From Basidiobolus meristosporus CBS 931.73 (lineage: Eukaryota; Fungi; Basidiobolomycota): DNA of 64,000 nt. Every line of letters begins with the position of its first letter. Position 1 is the first letter of the stretch. Location of the stretch: contig MCFE01000210.1 of assembly GCA_002104905.1 (NCBI GenBank), positions 1 to 64,000 of the forward strand. The letters run 5' to 3'. Shown one piece after another: positions 12,701 to 23,875 of this stretch. The position numbers were made by a program, and so were the translations under genes. The notes under the pieces were generated by a model, which saw only the letters and a program-made list of their open reading frames with translations, made no database searches and had not been told where the DNA came from.

Positions 12701-13706
12701 ATAGTTGGCATTGCACGGTTTTGATGACACTGTTCCATTGGCGAGTATTCCAGTCGTAATTCCATCCATAGTAATCCATGCAAACCGCACCGTGTGCACA
12801 CCAAGCTGTTTCAAACCTGCCATTGACGCACTTTCGTTGCTCACCTGTCTTAAACGGATCGACACATTCTATGTTTGTTGTACATTCGTTTGTTTTTGTC
12901 ACCAAAACCTTTTTTGTGGAGACGGCTACCTTTGTTTCTTGCGTTGTGGTGTACACAACCGGCGGTAGAGTAACCACCTCTGGGACTACGCAGTTCGAGC
13001 CTATACCAATATTGCATACCTGTCCAGCTGGGCAAGGAGTTGCCCAAAATTTGCCGTCCTGGCAGAAAAAATAAACGTTGGGATATTCCGGTTTACAAGC
13101 GGTTTCACCAATAGCACAGCGACCTGTGCCGATATTGGAGGGTATGGGTGGGCATGTACACATGGCAGTGCCACTGCCTGAGTCGCAATGGCACAATTCA
13201 GTGCAGGTTTCAAGCACCTCACGGCCGTTTTGACACTCTATCACAGATCTCTTATCTGTGGAACACCTGTTTCGAAAAGTATTCGAGTTGCAAGAGCTTG
13301 TGTACGTGCGGACGTTTGTTTTCATGCTAAAAACAGTTTCGGTAGCAGTCGAAGTCGTTTTTCCTGTGCGGTAGTGTTTTACAGCCCAAGCTAAATTGCA
13401 GTATGCTTTTTCTCCGTCTGAATCGTAACATTTGTATTGCCCATTTTTGTACGGACATTTTTCAATTACCCACTTGCCGTGAATACACTTCTTGACTTCA
13501 TCCTCTGAGTGGCATGTCACCTTGTTACTATTGCAACTTCCGGTTAGTGTAGCCACCGGTTGAAGGGTGTTTTGCACGGTAAAATAGTCACTGCTGATGA
13601 TACTACCTACTTCAAGCGTACTGTCAGTAGGCACCGCCTGAGTAGAATAGGTGATGCTTAACTGATTTGTTACTAAAAGTAAGAAGAATAGTATTTTGAG
13701 CAACAT
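1..13706 (-). CDS. Giant secreted modular protein (at least 4,549 aa, 3'-truncated by the window): signal peptide, six-Cys modules, His-rich repeat arrays, Thr/Val/Pro repeats
   Basis: Exon 1 13706-12465 (414 codons, starts MLLKILFFLLLVTNQLSITYS). Phase-0 intron 12464-12406 (59 nt, GTAATT...ACAG). Exon 2 12405-1 (4,135 codons). Hand-translated without a stop at 12405-10981, 7320-6721 and 960-1. All shadow ORFs in between keep one constant frame, and the ORF track lists no terminated ORF from the in-frame ATG at 12330. Confidence 0.9.
790..6750 (-). repeat. 48-nt / 16-aa His-rich coding tandem array (about 120 units)
   Basis: Alternating EKPHSSEHHQSESKAT and EKPHSSERHHTESKET. A diagnostic variant (catagacactg) recurs at 4717 and 5581, an offset of 864 = 18 x 48. 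Confidence 0.95.
7213..11195 (-). repeat. 45-nt / 15-aa His-rich coding array with 27-nt / 9-aa inserts
   Basis: KHHESSKETAKSHTT / EHHEKSKETEKVTSS pairs with EPHGKPSSS inserts. Higher-order periods of 207 nt (4x45+27) and 297 nt (6x45+27). Confidence 0.93.
11338..11979 (-). repeat. Three 258-nt (86-aa) tandem copies of a six-Cys module plus polyproline linker
   Basis: CIPGCEAENASPVIIKCKNGKQEKSSCQDGYLCAMVNGIPSC starts at 11979, 11721 and 11463. Confidence 0.95.
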
Positions 13707-16069
13707 ATTCTCAGCATAAGCTTGGCTTTTGATGTAGCTCTGTGAGGTTTATATGCACTTTCTTCACTATTATAATCCCGTCATTTTCTACTTGAGCAAA
13801 CCAGCCAAATTTTATGGCAAAATGTTTACACTATCTAAGCGAATTATTTGACGCAAGCCTTTGCCAAGCGCGTTGGTACATTCGGGCCCATCAAGGCACA
13901 CCAGTAATTGTGGCACCGCAAGATATGCCTTTATTATAGGTGGTCGAACAGTCAGTAGCATTAGGTGATAGGACAAGCAATTCAAATATAGATTCTGGCT
14001 TTCAATAAGAGCGTCGTCTGATTTCCGTCGCTAATACTTATTTTGAGTGAATGTGCCTAATATGACTTATATGGTTGGTTCTATACGTTGGAGTAGGCCA
14101 ACGCTCAGTACGAATCTGGCCCATTTCATTTTGATCACACATATTCAGTGCGATAAGCCGTTCATCCTATGTATAGGAAGTGTGATCGGTTTAGTGGTGA
14201 GTAGAAGCAACCTAAGCCTAATTTGGAAACAAGTGGCCGTAGCAAATTACGGCATCCTAAATTAAGGAGATGAAATATTTATATATTTATATTTATTGGA
14301 ATATACCAAAATCGAAGTCTGTAGCTTCACGTATAATTTTTGTCAAGTTGTTGATAGATGCATCATTACGTGAAATATTTTAAGGTCATCTGGCCACGTG
14401 ATGTTAATGCGATGCTTTTACACAAATCACTGATTTTCTGGGAAAACCCAATAATGCTGGTAGCTATGGCACATCGAAGAGTTATTAGGCTATAATACAG
14501 CCAACAGATGACTTCACAAAGTTGGCCCACGAAAAATATGATTGTGCAATTCATTGGGGGTTATTTGTCTATGTCTCACGTTTAGGATTTGAAGGAATTA
14601 CATCCGTGCTATTACACACGGCGCTTCTTAAAAATTTGGCCGTAAATACAAAATTTATTACAATCACCCATGCAATGATGCCACATTAGCGACACTTGCA
14701 TCCCAGCATGGTGATGATGATCTAGACCTGTCTTCATTGCTCTTATATGGTTAGATTTATCTTTCATAATTAGTGGACAGTATACAAAAATCTAGCGATC
14801 AGAGGATATAGGGACGCCTGAGGCAAATATCGAGTGATATGTTGCACGACTATACCATTGTTGCGTACTTCATTGCTGAGGTTTTTACCTCAAGCAGACT
14901 CTTGGCCTGTATACAACTGTATGTACACTGTTGGCTGTCGAAATCAGAAAAGGTGTTATGATGATCCCCAATCGTCCGTATCCGTTCTAACATCAGCGTA
15001 AATGTACCAAGCACTACTGCCTACCACCCCCAAGCTAGAGAACTGTATACAAGGGTGCAATTGCCAAAAGCGGAGTGATCGATAGTGGCTAGGTCAAACT
15101 GAGTGCTCAATTCTATGTTTAACGCAAGGTATTATTGGCTGATCAATAGTTCCCCAGCATAAGAGAGAGTAATACTCTTGTGGAGCAGCGTATCGCGTGC
15201 GAAATTGTCTATATATGACCACAAAGGGTAATATCTTGATGAAAGTACTGGGCGTGGGCTTTGTGCTGAGCTGAGCTCCTTCCAAAGCTCAACGAAGTTA
15301 ACCACTAAATGACAAATGAAGTACATGGGAATAGAAGCTTGCACAGCTTAAATAGAAAATCAGGTTCATAGGACAAATTAGGACTTAGCTGTTTCCATAA
15401 TGTATTCAACATTAATGCAATTTAGAAAATGAAACAGAGCTGCTTGCATTCTGTGGTGTTTCCGAAGGAGGTGATGACTTGGCAAGAGGAAGAACTCTGC
15501 AATAAAATGGTAAATTGTATCGGAAACTCTTTCTCTAAAGCAAACAATATAAAGTCAGGGCTCTTGCAGTGGTGTCGGAAAACATGCATTTTGAGAGCTT
15601 CCAATCTACCATATTTTTGACTTTACCAGTGAGTTTCTCAACGATATTCTTGTCAAGTATAACCACTAATTGGTTCCTATTCCTATATGAATTCAAGTTC
15701 CTTGAGATAGTTCAAGGCAAAGTGCTGAAATGAACGCCAGATAAAATTGGCGTTCAGTAAGTTTATACATACTCTCAAATATTCCATGGATTTAGCCACT
15801 TAGATCTAAGCTCATAGACTTTGCAATTTTAAACAAACTGATGGGATTGGATTGTAAAATATCTCTAATACATCAAATGGCCACAAGAGGAAATTCATTT
15901 CAGGAGTCTAACAGACCCCAAGTCTGCACACATGCTCTGCATAAAATACTTTTCTTATTTCAACTGGAATGTTCTATGAGCTCAGTCACCTAGATCACAA
16001 TCCATGACCTTTAGTTTATTGGACCTGACTCCTTGTGGATATTTACAAAGCATTCATTGTCAACTTTGT

Positions 16070-16330
16070 AAATACACCTAAATATTCATCTTGATTGGAT
16101 ACATTGTCTAGTTTACAAATCTAATACAATTCTGGTCATTTTTTTCTTGAAATTTACTTGAAGTATTTTGACTTAGATATCAGGCACATAGTACATGAAA
16201 TCTCAAAGGTGTCCAAGCAGCCCAAAACTTTGTACACATGTTCTTGTGACCTTATTGCACTCATTTTATACTCTTTTCATGTCAAGATTATGTGAAAGTA
16301 TTAAACTTCTTTTACATTCAGTAAAATATT
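16070..16330 (+). mobile_element. Degenerate copia LTR remnant
   Basis: Patchy matches to the young LTR (cacctaaatattca; catgaaatctcaaaggtgtccaagcagcccaaaactttgtacacatgttcttg). Boundaries approximate. Confidence 0.55.
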
Positions 16331-16341
16331 AAAGGGAATAA

Positions 16342-17045
16342 TGTTGTAAGCGTTCTGGAGATATTGGAAGTGCTTTGGAGATCAAGTAAATTATGTGCTT
16401 TTGCTTAATAATCTATTGAATGTAAGAGTAGTTTTTATACTTTTACACGGTCTTGGCATAATAAATACACGGAATATGCTAAAGAAGGTTCCAAGAACAT
16501 GTGTGCAAGGTTTGGGGCTGTTTTGACAACTTATTGAATATTCATGTCTTGGGTACCTGATGTTTTGGTGATAGCATTCTAAGTAAACACTGACAAGGAC
16601 TTTGGTCAGTATTCACTAAGATTTTAGGTGATGATTCAAGTGACAAAGTTAGGTGAATATTCAGATGGAATTATAAACTCTTCAACACTCTCACTCAACT
16701 AAATGCTTATACTGACCAGTCCTAATTGTGACCTAAGATATTCAAATTCCTCTAGCCAATGGTTTGATGAGTATGTTTGCAATCATTTCATCTGTAGGGC
16801 CATTAACTAAGTAACTCTCTATAGCTTCATGTATGAAATGATGTCCAATATCTACTTGCCTAGTTCCAGCATGAAAAGTTGGATTTCTATCTAATATATA
16901 CATTCTTGATTATCTAGAAATAAAATAATAGGCATTTCTGGACATAAGCCTAAGTCAATAAAAAGCTTTCTTAGCCACTTTGCTTCTGCTATAGCTTCAC
17001 ATGCTACCATATACTCAGCCTCTGTGGTGGAAAGTGACATGGTTT
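16342..17045 (-). mobile_element. Older copia element: RNase H 3' end plus 3' LTR (16342-16687), interrupted by the young element
   Basis: Minus-strand translation SLSTTEAEYMVACEAIAEAKWLRKLFIDLG, then PPT-like GAGTGAGAG and a TGTTG...CAACA LTR. Confidence 0.85.
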
Positions 17046-20000
17046 TGTTGTAAAAATTTGTATTTCCACCTAAATATTCACCTAACTTAGTCACTTAGAT
17101 CATTACCTTCAAATCCTAGAAAATACTGACCAAATTCCTTGTCGGGATTTACTTAGAATATTTTCACCAAAATACCAGGTACCCAGAACATGAAAATTCT
17201 CAAAGTTGTCCAAACAGCCCCAAACTTTGTACACATGTTCTTGGGACCTTCCTTAACCTATTCTACGTGTTTGTAATGCCAAGACCAGGTAAAAGTATAA
17301 ATACCACTTTTACATTCAATAAATCATTAAGTGAAAACCACATAATCTACTTGTTCTCCCAATCACTTCCAATATCTCCAAGACTCTTACAACAGGTTAT
17401 GAGCCCCGAGCTGTCACTCTCTGCAATGTCTACTACTGCTATTACTGGAACTTTTCCCTCTGCTGAAAAGTTGGATGGATCTAACTACCAAGTGTGGAAG
17501 GTGAAGATGAAGATGCTGCTGCAAGAAAGAGGCCTTTGGGATATTGTCATGGGAGAAGAATGCCCTCCTAAAAACGTGGGAGAGGAAGCCTTAAAGTACC
17601 AGAAGAAAGAACAAAGTGCCTTTAACTGCATTTGCCTTAATGTCAAGGACAAATTGCTAATTCAATGCTCAAGAGCAAAAACGGCAAAGAATGCCTGGAA
17701 AGCATTAGAAGACACCTACCAGTCATGTTCAGCTGCCAAGAAAATGTATCTGAGAAGAAAATTCTTTACTACAAAGATGCTGCCAGGAGAAGAAATGAAA
17801 AATCTAATTAACAGAATTACCCTGCTGGTAGATGAGATGGAATCTGTGGGCGTACCAACTACTGATGAGGATGTGATAGTAACCATCCTGAATAGCCTGA
17901 CAGACGAGTTTCAGGGCCTTGTATCAGCCCTAGAGTCCAGAACTGAAGATTTGACCTTAAATTACGTATATGGAAGGCTCCTGGATGAAGAATTAAGAAA
18001 ATCAAGCGCCAATAAGAAGGAAGAAGAAAATGCTTTAATAAGCAATGATAACCAACAAAGGAGGTACCCAAGACCCTACAAAGGCAACTGCAACCTATTT
18101 TGCAACTACTGCAAAAGGAAAGGACACACATCAGACCGGTGTTTCAAAAAGAGAGATTATCAGCAAAAGAAGCCTGAATATGGAAATGCTGCAACAACTG
18201 AAGATAGACTATTCATATCTGCACTAAATATGACCACAAACAAGGATTCTCAGACGTGGTGTATTGACTCTGGAGCTTCTCAACACTTTACACACCAAAA
18301 AGAACTTTTTACCCAATATCAAGAAATTCCAATTAAGAAGGTTTTCATGGGTGACAATAGAACACTTGATGCAGTGGGAGAAGGAACTATCCAAGTAAAC
18401 CTTAGAAGCAGTGAAGGAAGCCATACACTGACCTTTAAAGAAGTACTCTATGTACCAGAAATAGCCAAGAACCTACTCTCTGTAAGCAAGGCCACAGCAG
18501 AAGGACTCAGTTTCAGTTTTGACAATTCTGGATGCAGGATCACTGATCAAAATGGTGCCCATATTGCTTCGGGCATCAGAGATCAGAATCTATACAAGTT
18601 GACTTATATTCCATCATATCTGGAAGCCAATATAAGTAACTTAAATGAAGAAACACCAATGCTTTGGCACAGGAGATTTGGACACATCAATTTTGATTAT
18701 TTGCGTAAAATGATCAAAGATCAGCTAATTTCTGGAGTGAAAATTGATCCCCCAGCTAATTTGGAGCACTGTGAAGCCTGCATATATGGGAAACAAGCCA
18801 GACAACCGTTCAAGAGCTCTGGGTTAATCAAAACTAAAAAAAAATTAGATCTAATTCACTCAGATCTGTGTGGACCTATGCAAAATTTATCCTGAGGCGG
18901 GATGAAGTATTTAATCACTTTTATTGATGATTATACAAGATACACATGGGTCTACTTCATGGAGAGAAAGGAAGAAGCTCTGTCTAAGCTCAGGGAGTTT
19001 AAAGCCATGGTGGAGAGAGAAACTGGTGAAAAAATCAAGAAAATACGCTCTGACAATGGTGGAGAATATACCTCAAAACTCTTCATCCACTTCTGCAAAA
19101 TTCATGGGATAAAGCAAGAGACTACTGTACCATACTCCCCACAGCAAAATGGAGTAGCAGAACGAGCTAACAGATCAATAATTGATATGGCAAGATCTAT
19201 GATCCATGATCAAAAATTATCCTATGATTTTTGGGCGGAATCAGTTGCCACTGCTGTATACCTTAAAAATAGGAGTTATAACAGAATACTTTGTGATTCT
19301 ACTCCATTTGAAGCATGGTATGGATACAGACCAAGTGCAGAACATCTAAGAATATTTGGGTGTACAGCATATGCCAAAAAACTGGCCGGAAATCAGTCAA
19401 AATTTGAGCCAAAAAGTGTAAAATGCATATTTTTGGGCTACTGCAATGAGAGTAAGGCATACAGACTCTACAATACCAAAGCAAAGAAGCTGATCAAGTC
19501 CAGGGATGTGTTGTTGGATGAAAGTTCAAAATTTTCACAAAAAATGACATCAGATGATGACAAAAATTTGATCTCAAGTCCACCAATTGTCAGGATTGAA
19601 TCAGAGCAAAACAATGAAAATATTTTCACTCCAGAGGACTCAACAACCGTGGTTCAGCCAGAATCAGTGCCCAGGAATATCCCAGAAGTGATCATTCCAG
19701 TATCAAATGCCCGGAGATCAAATCGGACAAGAAATAGCCCAAATTACTATATTAATGAGGGTACAAACTTAGCCTATGCCTATTCAGTCCATATTGATGA
19801 ACCCCAGACTGTAAAAGAGGCCCTAAATAGCCCTCAGACAAAGTTTTGGAGATCTGCAATGACTGAGGAATATCAGGCCCTGATGGAAAATCAAACTTGG
19901 GACTTAGTCAAATTACCAATCAACCGAAAATCAATTGGATGCAGATGGGTCTTCAAGACAAAGTACAAAGCTGATGGTACAATTGAAAGATACAAAGCAA

Positions 20001-21730
20001 GACTTGTAGCCAAAGGATACTCTCAAACAAAAGGACTTGACTATACTGAGACCTTTGCACCGGTAGCCAAGTTTAATTCCATCAGATTAATATTGGCTAT
20101 TGCAGCCAAATATAAGTTTTTTATTCATCAAATGGATGTAAAAACTGCATTTTTGAATGGAGAACTTGATGAGGACGTGTATATGGACCAGCCTGATGGG
20201 TTTGTTGACCAAGATAACCCCCATTTGGTCTGCAAGCTTAAAAAGTCACTATATGGTCTCAAACAATCACCAAGAGCCTGGAATTGCAAGATAGATTCTT
20301 ATTTGGAATCTTTCAGTTTCAAAAGGAGTAATGCTGACTATAGTATATACTATAAGCCAGATAGAGCAAATCCAGTTCTATTAGCTCTATATGTGGATGA
20401 TCTTATTATAGCCACCAATAACCTAGAAACATTGGAAGAGACTAAATCCAGCCTATCTAAGGAGTTCAAGATGTCCAATCTAGGAGAACTCAGTTACTAC
20501 TTAGGGATTAAGTTCTCCATAGACAGAAGTACCCAGACTATTACCCTAAGCCAATCCAAGTATATTCAAGATATACTAAAGAAGTACAAAATGGAAGACT
20601 GTAAACCGGCAGCTACCCCAATGGAGACAAACCTTAACTTGGTCAAAACTCAACCAAATCAATAGAGCTTGGTGCCATCTGAAAGCCCTGACTTTCCTTA
20701 TCAATCTATGGTCGGCAGTCTGATGTATATCATGCTTGGAACACGTCCAGATATCTCATATTCAGTGGGAGTTGTCAGCCAACATAATCAGAATTATGGA
20801 TCTGATCATATTGCAGCAGTTAAGCGGATTTTTAGATACCTAAAAGGAACTGCTGATATCTGCTTAAGATACACTTATAAGGATTCAGAACAGGATCTTG
20901 TGGGATACTCTGATGCTGATTGGGGACGAAATTTAGAAGACTGAAGATCCACCACAGGATACACCTTTCTTTACTGTAAAGGAGCAATTTCATGGAATTC
21001 AAGAGAGCAACCAACCGTAGCACTTTCTACTACAGAGGCAGAATATATGGCAGCCTGTGAGGCTACAAAAGAAGCAATGTGGTTAAGAAAGCTGTTTACA
21101 GATTTAGGCCTATGTCAAAAAACGCCTATTACTTTATTTCAAGATAATCAAGGATGTATACAAATAGGTAGAAATCCAACTTTTCATGCTAGAACCAAGC
21201 ACATAGATATTAGACATCATTTCATACGTGAAGCTATAGAGAGTAACTTAGTTAGATTAGTTTACTGTCCTACAGATGAAATGATTGCAGACATATTTAC
21301 CAAACCATTAGCTAGAGACAAGTTTGAATATCTTAGGTCAAAATTAGGACTAGTCAGTATGAACATTTAGCTGAGTGGGAGTGTTGTAAAAATTTGTATT
21401 TCCACCTAAATATTCACCTAACTTAGTCACTTAGATCATTACCTTCAAATCCTAGAAAATACTGACCAAATTCCTTGTCGGGATTTACTTAGAATATTTT
21501 CACCAAAATACCAGGTACCCAGAACATGAAAATTCTCAAAGTTGTCCAAACAGCCCCAAACTTTGCACACATGTTCTTGGGACCTTCCTTAACCTATTCT
21601 ACGTGTTTGTAATGCCAAGACCAGGTAAAAGTATAAATACCACTTTTACATTCAATAAATCATTAAGTGAAAACCACATAATCTACTTGTTCTCCCAATC
21701 ACTTCCAATATCTCCAAGACTCTTACAACA
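17046..21730 (+). mobile_element. Full-length Ty1/copia LTR retrotransposon (4,685 bp), recent insertion
   Basis: LTRs 17046-17394 and 21382-21730 (349 bp, TGTTG...CAACA, one mismatch found by eye), TSD GGTTT on both sides, PBS GGTTATGAGCCC, PPT GAGTGGGAG, domain order gag-PR-IN-RT-RH. Confidence 0.98.
17399..21370 (+). pseudogene. Copia gag-pol polyprotein, single frame, three in-frame stops
   Basis: Zinc knuckle CNYCKRKGHTSDRC, protease DSGAS, HHCC (WHRRFGH...CEAC), integrase DLCGP/SDNGGEY/NGVAER, RT YVDD, RNase H YSDADW/EAEY/DNQG. Stops at 18893, 20663 and 20942. Confidence 0.95.
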
Positions 21731-21834
21731 GGTTTGCTGCTTTCTTATATTATATGAAGTTGCTCCTTTGCAGTAAAGAAAGGGATATCCTATGGTGTAT
21801 CTTCTGACTTACAAATTTTGTCCCCAGTCAGCAG
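21731..21834 (-). mobile_element. Other half of the older minus-strand copia RNase H region
   Basis: Reverse complement matches the ADWG...TFLYCKGA...KQ segment and joins 17045 through the duplicated AAACC. Confidence 0.8.
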
Positions 21835-21889
21835 CAGATTATCCCACAAGAGCCTATTTTGAATCCTAATAGGTGTACAAAACTTTACA

Positions 21890-22870
21890 ACAAACAACAC
21901 ATAGTCCACTTGTTCTCCCTCACACCTCAAATATCTCAAAGATGCTCAAAAAAGCTGAGTACCAAGCTGTGACTCTCTGGAATATCCACTGCTGAAAAGC
22001 TTGCTGAATCTGATTACTAGGTGCAAAAGGTGAAGGTGAGAATGATGCTACTGAAAAAAGGTCTTGGAGCATTGTCATAGGAGTGGAATACCCTCACAAA
22101 TGTGTAGAAGAAGTCCTCAAGTATCAAAAGAACATTCAGCCTTTGACAGTATAGGTAATAATGTTGAAGAACAAATTGAAAAGAAAGCATTGAAGGAATT
22201 GGAAGACATCTACTAGTGATGGTCAGCTGCTAAAAATATGTAACTTGAGTTTTAATTATTGCAATTACCATAATATATTCCCCTAGTTTAGTCACTTAAA
22301 GCATTGTCAGTCAATTGGAGTAAATTCTTGCTAAATTCTTGGTTTGGAGTTGCTCAGAATGTCCTTGCAAGAATATCCAGGAAGAAAAAAATTAGCAAAA
22401 GGCCAGCAGAATGCCATTGTAATATCAGCTGATTTACAACTTTCCCAATAGTGGCAACTCTCAGCAACTCTGTACTAGCTTCACTGCAGACAAGTTGACA
22501 TCCTGTCTTGGGGGAGACTAGGCCAACTGGCATACATAGCAAAATCAATGAGAAGCTACTCATTACTTTTGCAATTACTATGTTGTCACCCAGATATTTC
22601 TGCTAACTTAGTCACATAGATCTTATTCTGTGATTAGCACTCTTTCCTGACCAAATTTCTTGTTGGGATTCACTCACAATATTTTCACCAAATTATGACC
22701 TTTCTCAAAGATGTCCAAAATACCCAAAGCTTTGCACACATATTCCTGGGACCTTCCTTAACAAGCTCTAGATGCTTGTTTCCTCTACTTACAACTCAAT
22801 AAATCTATATGGGCATAACATGTAAATCCTCTTGCACTCCACATCACTTCCAATACTCCTATAATAATGC
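21890..22870 (+). mobile_element. Heavily decayed copia LTR/gag fragments
   Basis: Remnants resembling the LTR end and gag start (ccactgctgaaaagctt...gtgaaggtgagaatgatgct) and LTR core (ttagtcacatagatc...ctttgcacacatattcctgggaccttccttaac). Boundaries approximate. Confidence 0.55.
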
Positions 22871-23875
22871 AACCATTATTTCTACCAAAAATTGCAACTT
22901 GATATGGGGAGCATTAGGTCCTACAGGTAAATCCATTCCTGATCAGCCATCATGATACTGCAGTGAGGCTGTCATTATGCCATCAGCTTAGAACTATTGA
23001 CCTGCTTTACAGTTCTATGATGAAATTGTGGTAGTGTTTTACGGTTTTTATTACCAAGTAAAGTAATATGCTTGATGGTGCTTTAACAGTCTTTTGGCAA
23101 GACCTACAAGGCATTCTATTGGTCTTCATGCAGTCTAAATTTATTTGAACAGACCCAACCAGCCAGTACATACACTGTCCTTATATGGCTAAAAGCTTGA
23201 TGGTGTTTTGGTGGCCTTGATTTAGACCTTTGTTGGCTTTATTACAGGAGTACAGTGGCCTACAACTAGTCTTGCATAATGCTATCATGTCAATTTATTA
23301 AATGGTGTTTCATTTCTCTATCTCCCCTTGCACTATTCATATATTCCACTGTAGAATAGCCCCTGTTTATGTGCATACCATGCTGTAATTCACACACTCC
23401 TATAACTTCAGCTATATGGCCTTTCAGTCCAATACTTACAAAGGTATTATATACCTGTATTGCTTTTAACATATACATCTTGCAAACCTGTGCTGAGTTG
23501 CATTCACTTTTGCCATTGATGCCTTTTGAGCATTCACAAAATACTTCTTGGTACTTATCAAATACCCCTTTTCACTGCAGAATTTTGATCTCACTTATAT
23601 GTGTGCTCTAGTTGTTATTTGAGTGAATCCATAATGAAAGTTGTAGAAGTTGGTTTGTAAACAGTAGAAGCCTAGTATACAGCTCTAAAGTTGTCCTGAT
23701 AAAAATCAGTTGCTTGTTGCATCTGAGCCAACCTAGCATTACTTAACTTATTACACATCCTCTAAGGCTGGTACACTTCATGATGCCAGAGGCACAAGTG
23801 TTTCCAGGTGCACATTTGTGCTCTGTTATTTCCAACCCTTTCTGGCTGTCCTTAATATGCCAACTCATTATATTC

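Noticed and set aside
14000-15900. Short ORFs upstream of the giant gene
   Set aside because: No recognisable motifs or consistent splice structure.
17267-17398. N-terminal 44 codons of the listed gag ORF
   Set aside because: They lie inside the LTR. The ATG at 17399 is the plausible start.
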